Positions 37,221 to 49,720 of a DNA stretch of 64,000 bases are shown here, piece by piece (the first letter of the stretch is position 1; every line of letters begins with the position of its first letter). The position numbers were made by a program, and so were the translations under genes. This stretch comes from Octopus vulgaris. Taxonomy: Eukaryota. The stretch lies in assembly GCA_951406725.2 (NCBI GenBank), contig OX597821.1:25792001-25856000 (forward strand). Reading direction: 5' to 3'. The notes beneath the pieces are model-generated. The model worked only from the letters and a program-made list of their open reading frames with translations. It did no database searches and was not told the origin of the DNA.

Positions 37221-38102
37221 ATGTACGCTATGTTATTAATTTTATCTTTATTATTTTCCAACATGTTTTCTGCCTTCGGTTGGTCCTATGACCATCCCGA
37301 GCTTTGGGCAGACATATTTCCAAATTGCAATTTGTCTGCTCAAAGCCCCGTCAATATCGAGGTGGACTATGCTACATATGTTGACTGGTGGGGAACTGTA
37401 ACGTATTTTAATACGAAGAACAACAGTAAAGTGGAATATTTTTTGTTTATCAGCGAAAGTGTTTTGAAAGTACAAATATATGGGAATTTGGTATTAGATA
37501 GCAGAAGTCTTCCGGTGATTTTTCAAACTCTTCAGCTCCATTTCCACTGGAGGAATAACAATATCACACATGGATCTGCACATTATATTGATGGCAAAGG
37601 ATTTCCACTCGAAATGCAAGTTATTAATAAAAATTCCTACTACAGAGATTTAACCACCGCAGTACATTATCCGGATGGTTTCGCAATAATGGCATTTTTC
37701 TTTGAAATAGAATTTCATGATAACCCCTTGCTCAATAAAATTATTGACCTTCTTCCTAATTTAGGTTCAAGATCAATGCAAGTGGAAGGCTTCAATCTAA
37801 GTGAATTAATGCACGAAGGACTCAGAAAAAACCATTTCTTTCAGTACAACGGTAGCATACCAATTCCTCCTTGCAACGAGTGTGTCATCTGGATCATTGT
37901 TAAGAATCCTCTTTCGATATCACCAAGACAACTCGAGAAAATCTGGAAATTGAGCAAGAGAGTTGATATGTTTGATACTAACGTCCGTCCAGTTCAACCA
38001 ATTTACGAGCGATTAGTTTGGAAGAATTTCTCAGCGGCTGATAAAGCCATCAGTTCTTGCTTTTTGTCTCTTATTTCTTACAATATCATGTATTTAACTT
38101 GA
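37221..38102 (+). CDS. Intronless alpha-carbonic-anhydrase-related protein (293 aa), with signal peptide and possible GPI signal, probably non-catalytic
   Basis: Hydrophobic N-terminus; WSY, C..QSPVNI, QLHFHW, GSAH, PLEMQV, YNGSIPIPPC, NVRPVQP motifs; hydrophobic C-terminus; AATAAA at 38406. Confidence 0.88.
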   Translation: MYAMLLILSLLFSNMFSAFGWSYDHPELWADIFPNCNLSAQSPVNIEVDYATYVDWWGTVTYFNTKNNSKVEYFLFISESVLKVQIYGNLVLDSRSLPVIFQTLQLHFHWRNNNITHGSAHYIDGKGFPLEMQVINKNSYYRDLTTAVHYPDGFAIMAFFFEIEFHDNPLLNKIIDLLPNLGSRSMQVEGFNLSELMHEGLRKNHFFQYNGSIPIPPCNECVIWIIVKNPLSISPRQLEKIWKLSKRVDMFDTNVRPVQPIYERLVWKNFSAADKAISSCFLSLISYNIMYLT

Positions 38103-38620
38103 AAATATTTAATATCTTTGCTTTCCAATGTATTCACTTCTTGTGGAAAAAGGAATATGAAAAAAGAATAACATTTTTTTTTTTTTTACATTGGGCAAGT
38201 TAAAAAAAAAATCATTTTATGTTTTAAAAAAAGTTTTTCCATTCTTTGATGATGACTTTTTGAATTTTCTTCTTGTTGAGTAAAAACTGTATTTGTATTT
38301 TGTTCATTTTAGAGATGGTTATTCATAGCCAAAGCTGTATATAATTACTAAATTGGTGTAATTTGAAGTTGTTTTTGTTGTTAGTTTTACCGCTAATTGT
38401 AAAGTAATAAAAAGATATTAAAGGAAGAGATTTGCAATCGACATTCATTAATCAAGATGTTAATGAAGACTGAAATATTTCTGGGACCACTTACTTTTTT
38501 CTATCAGTTATAACTTCTCTTTTTTTTTTTAATGTTATTTCAAAATAAGTGTATGTGAGGCATGGATGGATCTTAGGTTGTTAGAACTTACTTCAAATTT
38601 CAATATTAATCCTTATGTCA

Positions 38621-39692
38621 GGGCGGCGAGCTGGCAGAAACGTTATCATGCCGAAGGCGGCGAGATGGCAGAATCGTTAGCACGCCGGGCGAAATGCTTA
38701 GCGGTATTTCGTCTGCGTTACGTTGTGAGTTCAAATTCCGCCGAGGTCGACTTTGCCTTTCATCCTTTCGGGGTCGATAAATTAAGTACCAGTTACGCAC
38801 TGGGGTCGATGTAATCGACTTAATACCTATGTCTGTCCTTGTTTGTCCCCTCTGTGTTTAGCCCCTTGTGGGTAATAAAGAAATAGGTATTTCGTCTGCC
38901 GCTACGTTCTGAGTTCAAATTCCGCCGAGGTCGACTTTGCCTTTCATCCTTTCGGGGTCGATAAATTAAGTACCAGTTATGCGCTGGGGGTCGATGTAAT
39001 CGCCTTAATCCCTTTGTCTGCCTTTCCTTGTTTGTCCCCTCAGTGTGTAGCCCCTTGAGGGCAGTAAAGAAATAAGAATCGTTATCATACAGGGCAAAAT
39101 GTTTAGTGGCTTTTCATCCGTCTCTTCGTTCTGATTTCAAATTTCGCCGACGTCCACTTTGCCTTTCATCATCCTTTCAGGGGCGATAAAATGAGTACCT
39201 GCTGAAAGCTGTGGTCGAAGTAATCAATTTACTAACTCCCTAGAAATTGCTGGCTTTGCGCCTAAATGTGGGATCTTTTCGGTTTGAATGGCAGTTTTTA
39301 ACATAATTTCTAGGTAACTAAAAAATTTTAAACTTCTTATACTGGTAGAATGTGTTTATAAAACATCTTTTTCTCTTGGCTTTATTGAGAAAATTCTATA
39401 GTTTGTAAGATATTTGTTGTTTTTTTCTTCAATTTCTGAAATTTCAACCAATCAATGACGTCCATTGAAGTAAAATGCATTCTGTGTCGTATGAATATGT
39501 CCCTCGTTTAAGAAACAGATTGGGTTTATTTACATTTGTGAAGAAAAAAAGATACCCTTCCCCCCAGCCCCAGCCCTAAAACAGATTGAAATGCAATAGA
39601 TCGATACTAGGGTCATAATTATGGGTGACAATTTCATATAACACCGCTAGAAAAAACTGCTGTTCAAACCGAAAAGATCCTAAATGTGAAAC
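38621..39692 (+). mobile_element. Older SINE A' containing a dimeric SINE A (38654-39075) and MITE M copy 4
   Basis: Inner TSD gaaacgttatcat/gaatcgttatcat; outer TSD caatattaatcct/cagtattaatcct. Confidence 0.8.
39271..39680 (+). mobile_element. MITE family M, copy 4
   Basis: TIRs; perfect TSD TAAATGTG. Confidence 0.95.
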
Positions 39693-39980
39693 CAGTATTA
39701 ATCCTAATGGACTATTAGAAAACCTTACACCTTCAGAAGACGGTTTAAAACTTGACCAAAATCCAAAGAAACTAGTCTGATAGAATATTAGTGATGGAAG
39801 TTCACATAGATAAGTGCGTGTATGCCAGTAGCAAGAGTTATGTTTGTCATATTGTCTGAAATGGTTAAAAAATTTTTTTTTTTTTAATGGCAGCTTCCAT
39901 TTTATGAAGCTCCAAATGTTATATATTAAAACTAAAAGAGTTGCTGGGACTGGTTCTGGGGACAGTGTAGAGGAACCACT

Positions 39981-40383
39981 GGATCTTTTCGGTTTGAATG
40001 GCAGTTTTTTCTAGCGGGGTCATATGAAATTGTCACCCATAATTATGACCCTAGTATCGATCTATTGCATTTCAAACTGTTAAGGGTGGGGGAAGGGTAT
40101 CTTTTTTTCTTCAGAAATGTAAATAAACCCGATCTGTTTCTTAAACGAGGGACATATTCATACGGCACAGAATGCTTTTTACCTCAATGGACGTCAGTGA
40201 TTGGTTGAAATTTCAGAAATTGAAAAAAAAAAAACAAGAAATATCTTACAAACTATAGAATTTTCTCAATAAAGCCAAGAGAAAAAAATGTTTTATAAAC
40301 ACATTCTACCAGTATACGAAGTTTAAAATTTTTTAGTTACCTAGAAATTATGTTAAAAACTGCCATTCAAACTGAAAAGATTT
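39981..40383 (-). mobile_element. MITE family M, copy 5 (inverted)
   Basis: TIRs; perfect TSD GAACCACT. Confidence 0.95.
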
Positions 40384-41122
40384 GAACCACTTAATCTCCA
40401 ATAGCAATAAAACAGTCTATTTCCCTCTTATGATAACTTTTGTAATTTACCCATGTATACCTTCGTCATATTCTCAGTATGAAGCTAGTGCAGAATTTCA
40501 CCTATGAAATCTCTTTTGAACCAAGAAATACTTCAGCTTCTAACAACTAGTAACTCTCTATAAAGTTCGAGTGAGACTCAGAATGGCTTAGTCTTGTTGT
40601 TTCACATTCTGGAGCCCCTTCCAAAGAAAAACCCTCTTGATTGATTAGCATTAATTCTTTCAGAAGCACACACTAACCTTTAGTTCAAAAGACATCCTGT
40701 TTTCTTTCTCTGTCTCTCCCCACTCTCTCTCTCTTCCATGACCACTATTGTAGCATCATATCTTTGGTCATATGTCTAGTCTCTAGTCAACAACGCTTAG
40801 GCATTCCTGACACACCTGTGCCTCCTTCTCTCAATCACACATATTGTGTTTCCACAAGTTTTTCTCTCACCACTCTTCTCAGGACCCAACTACACAGTAC
40901 TTCGGTCTGGTGCACGGAGAATCAAAGAGAAATCTGTAATATAAAATGTCTTCAAATTTGAGGAATTAGTTGATATTTCAGATATTTGGGACTTCTGTGA
41001 ATTTTATTTATTTGTTGGTCTCTTTATATTTTTAAAATTATCTTTACCAGGAATTAACATTTTTACTTTAGAATGATAACTTAGCATAGGATTATCAATT
41101 TCACTGAGATAACACATTTTTC

Positions 41123-41536
41123 GGATCTTTTCGGTTTGAACGGTAGTTTTTAACATAATTTCTAGGTAACTAAAAAATTTTAAACTTCGTATACTGGTAG
41201 AATGTGTTTATAAAACATCTTTATCTCTTGGCTTTATTGAGAAAATTCTATAGTTTGTAAGATATTTGTCGTTTTTTTCCTTCAATTTCTGCAATTTCAA
41301 CCAATCAATGAAGTCTATTGAGGTAAAAAAAAATATTCTGTGTCGTATGAATATGTCCCTCGTTTAAGAAACAGATTGGGTTTATTTACATTTGTGAAGA
41401 AAAAAAGATACCCTTCCCCCCAACCCTAACCCTAAAACAGATTGAAATGCAATAGATCGATACTAGGGTCATAATTATGGGTGACAATTTCATATGACAC
41501 CGCTAGAAAAAACTGCCATTCAAACCGAAAAGATCC
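41123..41536 (+). mobile_element. MITE family M, copy 6
   Basis: TIRs; perfect TSD CATTTTTC. Confidence 0.95.
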
Positions 41537-41563
41537 CATTTTTCTACCTTAAAAATTGATTAA

Positions 41564-43069
41564 CTCCTTTAATAACAACCTGCCTGTCCTTGGTTCTATA
41601 ATACAAAAACTTACTGTTTTAAAGGAATCTAAATTAAAACTTTCCATCAAAACTTAATGTTAATTTATTTTACAAACACTAGCTTAATAACGACATTGTT
41701 CATCATCGTCATCGTTTAACATCCGCCTTCCATGCTAGCATGGGTGGGACGGTTTCACAAGCCAGCCAGGCAGTAGCCTGCACTAGACTTCTGTGAGTGT
41801 TTTGGCAGGATTTTTACAGCTGGATGCCCTTCCTGACATCAGCCACTCAGCAGAGTGGACTTAGTGATTTTAGATGCTACAAGCACAGGCGAGGTCAGTT
41901 TTGGCAAGGTTTTTACAGTTGGATGCCTTTCCGAACACCAACCACTTTACAGTGTGGACTGGATGCTTTTAAGTGGCACCTGCATTGACAGGGTCACCAA
42001 GTAGTTGCAAGACAAGAAAAAAAAAAACTTTCAAGAGAGGAGGAGGTGATCTTGTGTTGGATGATGAAATGTTATAGTGAGACAGATACAGGTGCCTTGC
42101 TATAAAGGAAGTACAAAGTTACTTGGATAGAGAGAGAGAGAGATCAGGAATGAAGACAGATGTGCTACTGCAAAGGAAATAGACGGTTACTCAACCCGAG
42201 GGAAGTGCAGGAGAAGGAGAGAGAGAGAGAGAGAGAGTGGGTTACAGCAGGATAGAGATGGTGGCAAAATGCTAGGATTACTCACAAGGGATGGGGATCA
42301 GAATATAAATGAGATATGAGAGAGATACAGGTGATGGCAAGTGCCTTGACGGTCAAATGTCCTAAGTGGCAGGATATTGCAAAGGAAGTGTGATTAAAGA
42401 ATGTGGATGTGGGGGAGTGAGTGGCAAAAACCTGGGTATATATATAGAGTTGGGGAGGCTACTGGATGGCAGTGATACAGAAGAACAGAGCCGTGAGGAC
42501 AGGATTGGGGAGTGAGAGTTAGGTATAGTGTATGAAGGAGGAAATGTGAGAAAGAGAAGAAATGTGGAGTTGTAGATTGGGTTGTTGGGGTAGGGTGAAG
42601 GAAAAGTTTACTTGTTACATGTGGGTGGAACACACAGTTTGGGGGCTAGCAGAGAGCAATAATATCGTGAGATAGGGCGTGCGGCTAGAACACTGGTTAG
42701 GGGCAAGCAGAGAGCAGTGGTACAGTGACACAGGGCCAAGAGGACAGGATTGGAGAGTGGGAGGTAAGCATAGTGCATGAAGTGGAAATGTGAGGAAGAG
42801 ATTTAGAGACGTAGTTTGGTTTGTTGTTGAGTGTGTGAGAAGTTTTCTTGTTAAGTGTGGGTGGGACACACAGCGCTTCTGGAACTCAGTTTTGCTGACG
42901 TAGGTGGGTCTCTTCAAGAACTTCATATTGCCAGACATCACGGTCCATTGTCATTTCCACTGTGAGGCCCAACTTCCTGAGATTTGTTATTTTACTAAAT
43001 TCTTCATTGTTTTGAAAATTGAAAACAAAGGCAATGTATTATCTCAACAAAAATATGGTCACAAAAGGC
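41564..43069 (-). mobile_element. Old piggyBac-like MITE split by an RTE insertion
   Basis: 41564-41700 and 42986-43069 align to the reverse complement of 60534-60754. Confidence 0.6.
41701..42985 (-). mobile_element. 3' fragment of an RTE-clade LINE with a long 3' UTR and (GAT)n tail
   Basis: ORF end LRKLGLTVEMTMDRDVWQY at about 42985-42890; pyrimidine-rich UTR with a diverged tandem duplication; tail aggaagggcatccagctgta...catgctagcatggaaggcggatgttaaacgatgac. Confidence 0.65.
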
Positions 43070-43873
43070 TTCATCATTAGGATAAATTATCACATGTGAA
43101 CAACAATCATAATGTATGTCAGAGATCCACCTTGGTTATAAATGTGTTTTTTTAATGAGATTTTTGCTATTTAACGATACCATTTAACTAATATTTGTTT
43201 TTATAATTCAAGATACATTTATTTCTTCAGCACATTATAAAAGTGAAGAATTTAGATTGAATGAATAAATCAGCTTGTAATATGGCACCTATTTATGACA
43301 AGGCATAGTCAAGTCATCGTCATTGGTAGAATTTAGCTTGAAATGAAATGAAATGTGTCTTGTACTCTCTTCAGTTTTATTTGGTCACTATTTACAAATT
43401 CTTCCTTGAATGTTTTTGAGAATGTTTCAAGTTTATTATATTTACTGAATTTTAAATTAAAATATTTTTCACTTTGAATTCTTTCCGTTATTTTTGTTAT
43501 TGTTTAATTTTTTGAATAGTCTAAAAACTGTCATTTATTTTTTTAATTTTTAATTAATAATTTAAAGTCTGCGATATTCATAGTTAAATAGTTTCAAAAA
43601 TGTCTATGTGACACTTCTACATTTAACAACCATTGTTTCATATGAAATTCACTGTTAGGATTAAATTGGACAAAAGACAATATTTTTTTTAATAATTTCT
43701 AATTTCGTTTGGCTATTTCTAATTAATGGCTTTGGAATGGATAATAAATATTAGGAATTATTATTATTGATAATAGTAGAAACCTTACTTTATGGTCAGA
43801 TTAATTGTGTCAGATATAAAGTTGGTGCTTGTTCTCTCCATGTATTTGTCAACCTTCAATACATAATCTAAAG

Positions 43874-45335
43874 CAGTGGTTCTCAAACTGAGGTCTGTGG
43901 TCCCCTAGGGAACCACAAAGTGATTTTAGGGGGATTGCAAAGGGATGCTGAAGTATCATGAAAACAGGTAGCTTGAGACAGTTAAAAAAATTCAAGACTT
44001 CCAGTTTTTTGCATGCTATCATCCTTTTTTGCTGTTGACTTTACAACTCCATGCCACTCATACACACTCGTTTACTAATCAAACTTGGTGTACTACAAGT
44101 GTGATTGGTTGATGGAAAAAATGCAGGTATAATGGTTGATTGTGCATATGCTGTCACTATTCTACACTCACATGATTCACCACTCCACTACTACTATCCA
44201 TGCATTTGCATGTCTCTCATTGTCATTTTCCTTACTGGTGCATGTTCTTGCGTGACCTTGCCCTTTGCCAGACACATTTGCATCCTGCATGTTGGCAGGG
44301 ATTTATAAGCCATGGTTGTTTTTCGTGGCAATGTATTCTGACAGAACTGTCATCTTAATGGTTATCAATTTAGAGATTTATATACAAAAAAACAAGCTTT
44401 GGATTTCTTCCACAATTAATAGTGAGAGGTAAGCTTTATTGCTAATTGGTACACCCAAAAAGCTAGCTACAATAAGGCATATATGCACACCTATAGTATA
44501 TGATAAATGCAAAATAAATATTCAATGTAGTTATATTAAATTTGTTTACTGAATTTTATCTTTGTTTCTCAATGTCTCTCAAAAAAAAAATGTGATATGA
44601 CAAATCTTATTTGAATTTCAATTTTACTGTGATAAAATCTGGTAGAGAAGAGAAACCACAATATGTTTTGTGCTCTGAAATTTTGGCATCTACTTCACGA
44701 AAGCCCAGCAAGTTAAAGAGGTACTTTGAAACAAAGCATCCCAGTTCAATAGAGATGTCAACTTCTTCAGACATGAAGCTGACAGATTGACGACATCCAG
44801 ACTTGATGACACAGGAATGTTTTTGCTGGACATTACAACTGGTTTGAAAGCATTCTACAAGGTTTCAAGGAAAATAGCTGTTGCCAAAAACCCCCACAAT
44901 ATCAGCAAAGAGTTGATATTGCTTTGCTGCAAAGATACCATATGGAATGTACTGAGAAGTTCTAAACTTCAGAAGCTGAAGTATGTCTCTCTCTCTCTCT
45001 CTCAAACAATACTGTAAGCAGGTGAATACCATTAGCTGTTTGATAACTTTCTGTCGCAAGTGGTCTCGAAGATTCACAATTCACTTTTTAACTTTTTCGT
45101 GATTCAGCTTGATGAAATGACAGATGTTGCCGACTTAGTCCAACTTTGCGTCTATGTACATTATGTACAATAACAATCACCTGGAAGACAAGTTCCTGTT
45201 TTGCAAAACCCTCAGCACCAAAACAACAGCAAGGGAAATATTAAACAAAGTGGACAAATTTTTTGAGGCACACGATATCAACTGAGAACATGTCCCTGGT
45301 GTGTGCACCAAATGGCACTCTGGCAATGCTGCTGT
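43874..45335 (+). mobile_element. Decayed hAT (Charlie/Buster-type) transposon
   Basis: TIR start cagtggttctcaaact; fragments KPSKLKRYFETKHP, KNPHNISKELIL, IQLDEMTD, FLFCKTL. Confidence 0.8.
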
Positions 45336-45380
45336 TGGTACACACAATTGATCAACCCATATTTTTATGTGTATTTATTG

Positions 45381-45517
45381 TTAGGAAGGGCATCCAGCTG
45401 TAGAAACACTGCCAGATCAGACTGGGCCTGGTGCAGCCTCCTGGCTTCCCAGACCCCAGTCGAACCGTCCAACCCATGCTAGCATGGAAAGCGGACGTTA
45501 AATGATGATGATGATGA
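45381..45517 (+). mobile_element. RTE-type 3' tail element (family C); also at 50357-50524(+), 51024-51324(-), 53508-53690(-), 59450-59670(-)
   Basis: aggaagggcatccagctgtagaaac...ccaacccatgctagcatggaaagcggacgttaaa(tga)n. Confidence 0.8.
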
Positions 45518-45599
45518 TTGTATCGCTATGGGGTGTTGCATGAATTAAGTTGTGGTTTTCAGGGTTGTGGGTCTATGGGTAGTGTGGTTCATAGTCTGG

Positions 45600-46030
45600 A
45601 AAACACAGTATATGAATGTGTGTCATTTTTTCCAAGTTAATTATCCTACATTCTATGAGATTCTTAGAAGCTGTCTGTAGCATCTCATCTTCATTGCTCC
45701 TACTTTTTTTTTCCAGTTCCGTTGTTAATGTCCAAGCCTCAAAGGTGTATAGAAAAATGGAAATCACGAGTGATCGCATCACTCTGACTTTTCTACAGAG
45801 CCTAATGTTCCTATCTTTTCAGATTTGCTTAGGTTTTGCAAGCACTGCCTTTGCCTGTGCAATTCGTGAAAGGATTCCTTGCCTGAATCCTTCATTGGTG
45901 ATGATAGCTCCTTGGTATTTGAGCTTGCTGACAGTTTCTGTGTTTGTCCGTTCACTGTGGTGCATTCTGTGTTATTGTTGACCATGTTTTTGGTTTTCTC
46001 TGCTCTTATTTCCATGCTGTATGCTTTACA
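45600..46030 (-). pseudogene. RTE LINE post-RT fragment
   Basis: MEIRAEKTK, SRIAQAK, RSLVISIFLYTFEAWTL. Confidence 0.75.
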
Positions 46031-47379
46031 CAGTTAGCCTGGTCATAATATCAAGTTTTTAGTATTATCAATAAGTTATTGATCCTGATACAACAAATTC
46101 TGACTGATTCCAGGAATAAACTGGAAACTTGAAATCAATGTAAAGATTTCAACAACAGGTGGGCAGTACTTTGACATTTGTCCATTACTTAAGCCAAAGC
46201 TTTTTCAAATTGAAATCATTATGAAATCTTAATGTAAATATACTTAAATAATTAAAAACTTCATAAGATGCAAGCATGGTTGTGTGGTGAGTTGTTCACT
46301 TCCCAAACACATGGTCCTGAGTTCAGTCCTGCTGCATAGACAAGTGTCTTCTATTATAGCCCTTGGCCAACCAAACCCTTTTGAGTTAATATGGTGGATA
46401 GAAACTGAAAGAAGCTCAGGATCCTTTGACAACAATGTAAACTTCATTTGATTGAGGTATCTTTGGCCTAACGAGTAGCTAGCAGATTACCCAGGTGTGG
46501 TCATCACTGAAAAATAAAAAAGAGTTCAAAGTCCTATGAATATGCATAGTCCTTTATACTTGTATAGTCAAGATCCATATTCTGTCTGATTCCTTGAACA
46601 AACATGAAATATTAGTACAACATTCATAAATTAGGAAAATAAAGTCAGAATATAAAAAACTGATTTGGTACTGTTTATAATTCAATCTTTTCTCTATGTA
46701 TATTTAATCAAACATCATAAATGAGTTTTGTATTAATGAGTATATTGTATATTTAGCTGGAGGTCACTCTGTAGGATATATTTTTCTTTTTCTTGCTTGC
46801 TTGGATACAATAATTCAAAAGAGATCTTTTTCACCAATTACTTTGCTAAGTAGCTACATTAGATATCTTTCCTAATCAGTGGTAAAATGGTTCTAGTATT
46901 CTTTCTTGGCTATATGTAAGTTCTATAAGAACAATTGTTGTCAAAATCCCTATGTTATATATATATATCTGATCATTTATGGAGATGAGTATCACATTAT
47001 TAACATTGGAGCCACATACAGAAACGACAGTAACAGTGTACTGCAAATGTCTTCTCTTCATCCGTCATCGTTAGTATTAAAAAAAAATAATAATAAAATG
47101 GTAAAATGATCATGAAGAAGCCTTTTTGACAGACACCAACATCATCTAGCATACATTGATATCACTTTACATGGTATGTGAATATGGTTAGATAGCAATA
47201 TAGTCTTCATTGGAGCATTCATTTGCATTATTTTTCCCTAGTCGTATTAGCTGGGTACAGCGTTTGTGTGAGTTAACCATGTAACGTTCATAGTTTGTTT
47301 CATTTGGATGGGTGTTCATGTATACTGTCTTCGTTTCTATTCCCCCTTTCTTTTTTCTTTTTTTTTTTCTGACAAAATG

Positions 47380-49170
47380 TAGTTCCTCTACTTCTCTTTC
47401 AAACATTTAATTTTGGAGAGAATTTTTTGATGAAGTGTTGCTCCATTGCTTTTCGGAATTTTGGGTCATCTCTTGAACATTTGTAAAAAGGAAAGATTTT
47501 GAACTTTCCTTCACCACATATTTCTAGATTCTTGCTCAGTGGAATCTTCTGCAATTCCTATGGTCAGATGTGTTGTCTGTGGATTCTTGCATGTTGGTAG
47601 AGGGAATTGTTAGTTTCATCAATGTAGTTTTCCTTGCAGTTGGGACAACAAATGCAGTGTACAAGATTCTGTGTCTTGCAATTCATATTCGCATTCACTT
47701 TGAACAAGAATCTATTCTTGAATTTTATGTGGAAACAACTTTCTAAATATTTGAAGTTGTTGTTGTTGCATGTTCCACATCTGCTTTCTCCACAGTCTTT
47801 TACAGACAATCCTGATTCATTCTCTGATGTGAATTTTATTCTTGTGGGGTGTTTTTGAGATTTTTTGGTTGACATCTACTGTTTTGTAAGTGGTTTTTTA
47901 TCAATCAGAATTTTCATTCTGCTGCTTTGTCAACGTAAAGGTAGGTTTGATTTTATGGCATGAAAGATGTTGGCTACCCCAGGATTGTGCATATTGATAA
48001 ATGGAATCGTGTGTTCATTAATTTCTTCCTTTGCTGTCCTTAGTTGTGTGATGCTCAACTTCATCACCTTTTTAATTCCATCATTTATTAATTCTAAGGG
48101 GTATTTCTGTTTTGTTAAGAAGTCTTTGAGCTCATTGAGTCAGATTTTGGTGTACAATCACTATACTACAGATACATCTTGCCATGTTGTATGGGATGCT
48201 CCTTTTGATGTGTGAGGGATGGTAAGAGTAGAATTTCAAATATTGGTGTGTATGCATTTTTTTGTAAAATATGTGACTGTGGAGTTGTGTATTTTCATGT
48301 GAATATCCAGGAATGGTAATTCATTGCACCTGAATTCTGTCATGAATTTGATGGATGAGTGTGTTGAGTACATTATTAAATATTTGTAGGTCCTCATTTG
48401 ATTTGTCCCAAAAGATGTAGTCATCAAGGAAATGTTTCCACTTTTTAATGATGTATTTCTTCCAATCATGATTAAAACCTCTCTCTACCTCCCCATAAAG
48501 CTTTTCTTCCAAGTATCCCATGACTAGGTTAGCACATGCAGGTGCAAACCATGTCCCCATAGCCATGTCCTTTATCTGTCGATATGGTTTATTATCGAAT
48601 CTGAAGGCATTTTCTTCTAGTACCAGGTATGAGACCTTGGTAATGAAGTCAGTTTTGAAGCATTCATTTATCTGTACTCTGTGTTTCTCTACCCTGTGTT
48701 TGACTGCTTCCAGGCCCAAAAATATGAAGTATATTGGTATAAAGATTGGTGACATCAAAGCTTGTAACTATAGTACCTTCTGGGACAATGGATGGAATGT
48801 GCTGGAGGGAATCTATGCCATCCCATATATATCTGGGTATCAATGGGCATAGAGGTTTTAGGAGTATGTCAAAAAAAATGTCTCACTTGTTATGTTGGTG
48901 CTTGAGGTCCAGCAACTATTGGTCTCAGTTTGGAGTCAGTAGGTCTTAGTAGTTTTATGTATTTGTTCTCTGCTCATTTATGGCTCTCTGTATTTCAGAG
49001 CTTTTATGGGTTTTGGGTAATTCAAAGAAATTGCTTTCTTTGATTATAGAGTTGCATAAATAATCTTTCTCCTTGTCTGTGAAGGAATCTTGGTACTCAT
49101 TTTTTTGTGTTTTGATTTTATTCCTTATTGCTTTTTCCTGGTGTCTTGGTTCTTCCTTGTAGTACGTTTG
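47380..49170 (-). pseudogene. Second decayed Penelope-like element
   Basis: LRPIVAGP, MAMGTWFAPACANLVMGYLE, HFLDD, LPFLD, CGESRCGTC, NLVHCICCPNCKENYI. Confidence 0.88.
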
Positions 49171-49179
49171 GTCTCTTTA

Positions 49180-49350
49180 CTCTTTACTCTTTTACTTGTT
49201 TCAGTCATTTGATTGCGGCCATGCTGGAGCACCGCCTTTTAGTTGAGCAACTCGACCCCGGGACTTATTCTTTGTAAGCCCAGTACTTATTCTATCGGTC
49301 TCTTTTGCCGAACCGCTAAGTGACGGGGACATAAACACACCAGCATCTGT
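49180..49350 (-). mobile_element. SINE family B 3' half
   Basis: Near-identical to 33075-33245. Confidence 0.85.
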
Positions 49351-49488
49351 CACTGTACTTCTCTCTCTCTCTCTCTCTCCACAAACACACTCCTTCACTC
49401 ACCAACTCCAACATATCAACCCCACCACCTTTTCACATTTACTTACACCCTTTTTTTTTATTCTACTGCTCTCCACTTTTTCTATACT

Positions 49489-49720
49489 TATTTCTTTATT
49501 ACCCACAAGGGGCTAAACATAGAGGGGACAAACAAGGACAGACATAGGTATTAAGTCGATTACATTGACCCCAGTGTGTAACTGGTACTTAATTTATTGA
49601 CCCCGAAAGGATGAAAGGCAAAGTCGACCTCGGCGGAATTTGAACTCACAACGTAACGACAGACAAAATACCGCTAAGCATTTCGCCCGGCATGCTAACG
49701 TTTCTGCCAACTCACCGCCT
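49489..49720 (-). mobile_element. Full-length SINE family A
   Basis: Head to tail intact; TSD tctatact. Confidence 0.9.
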
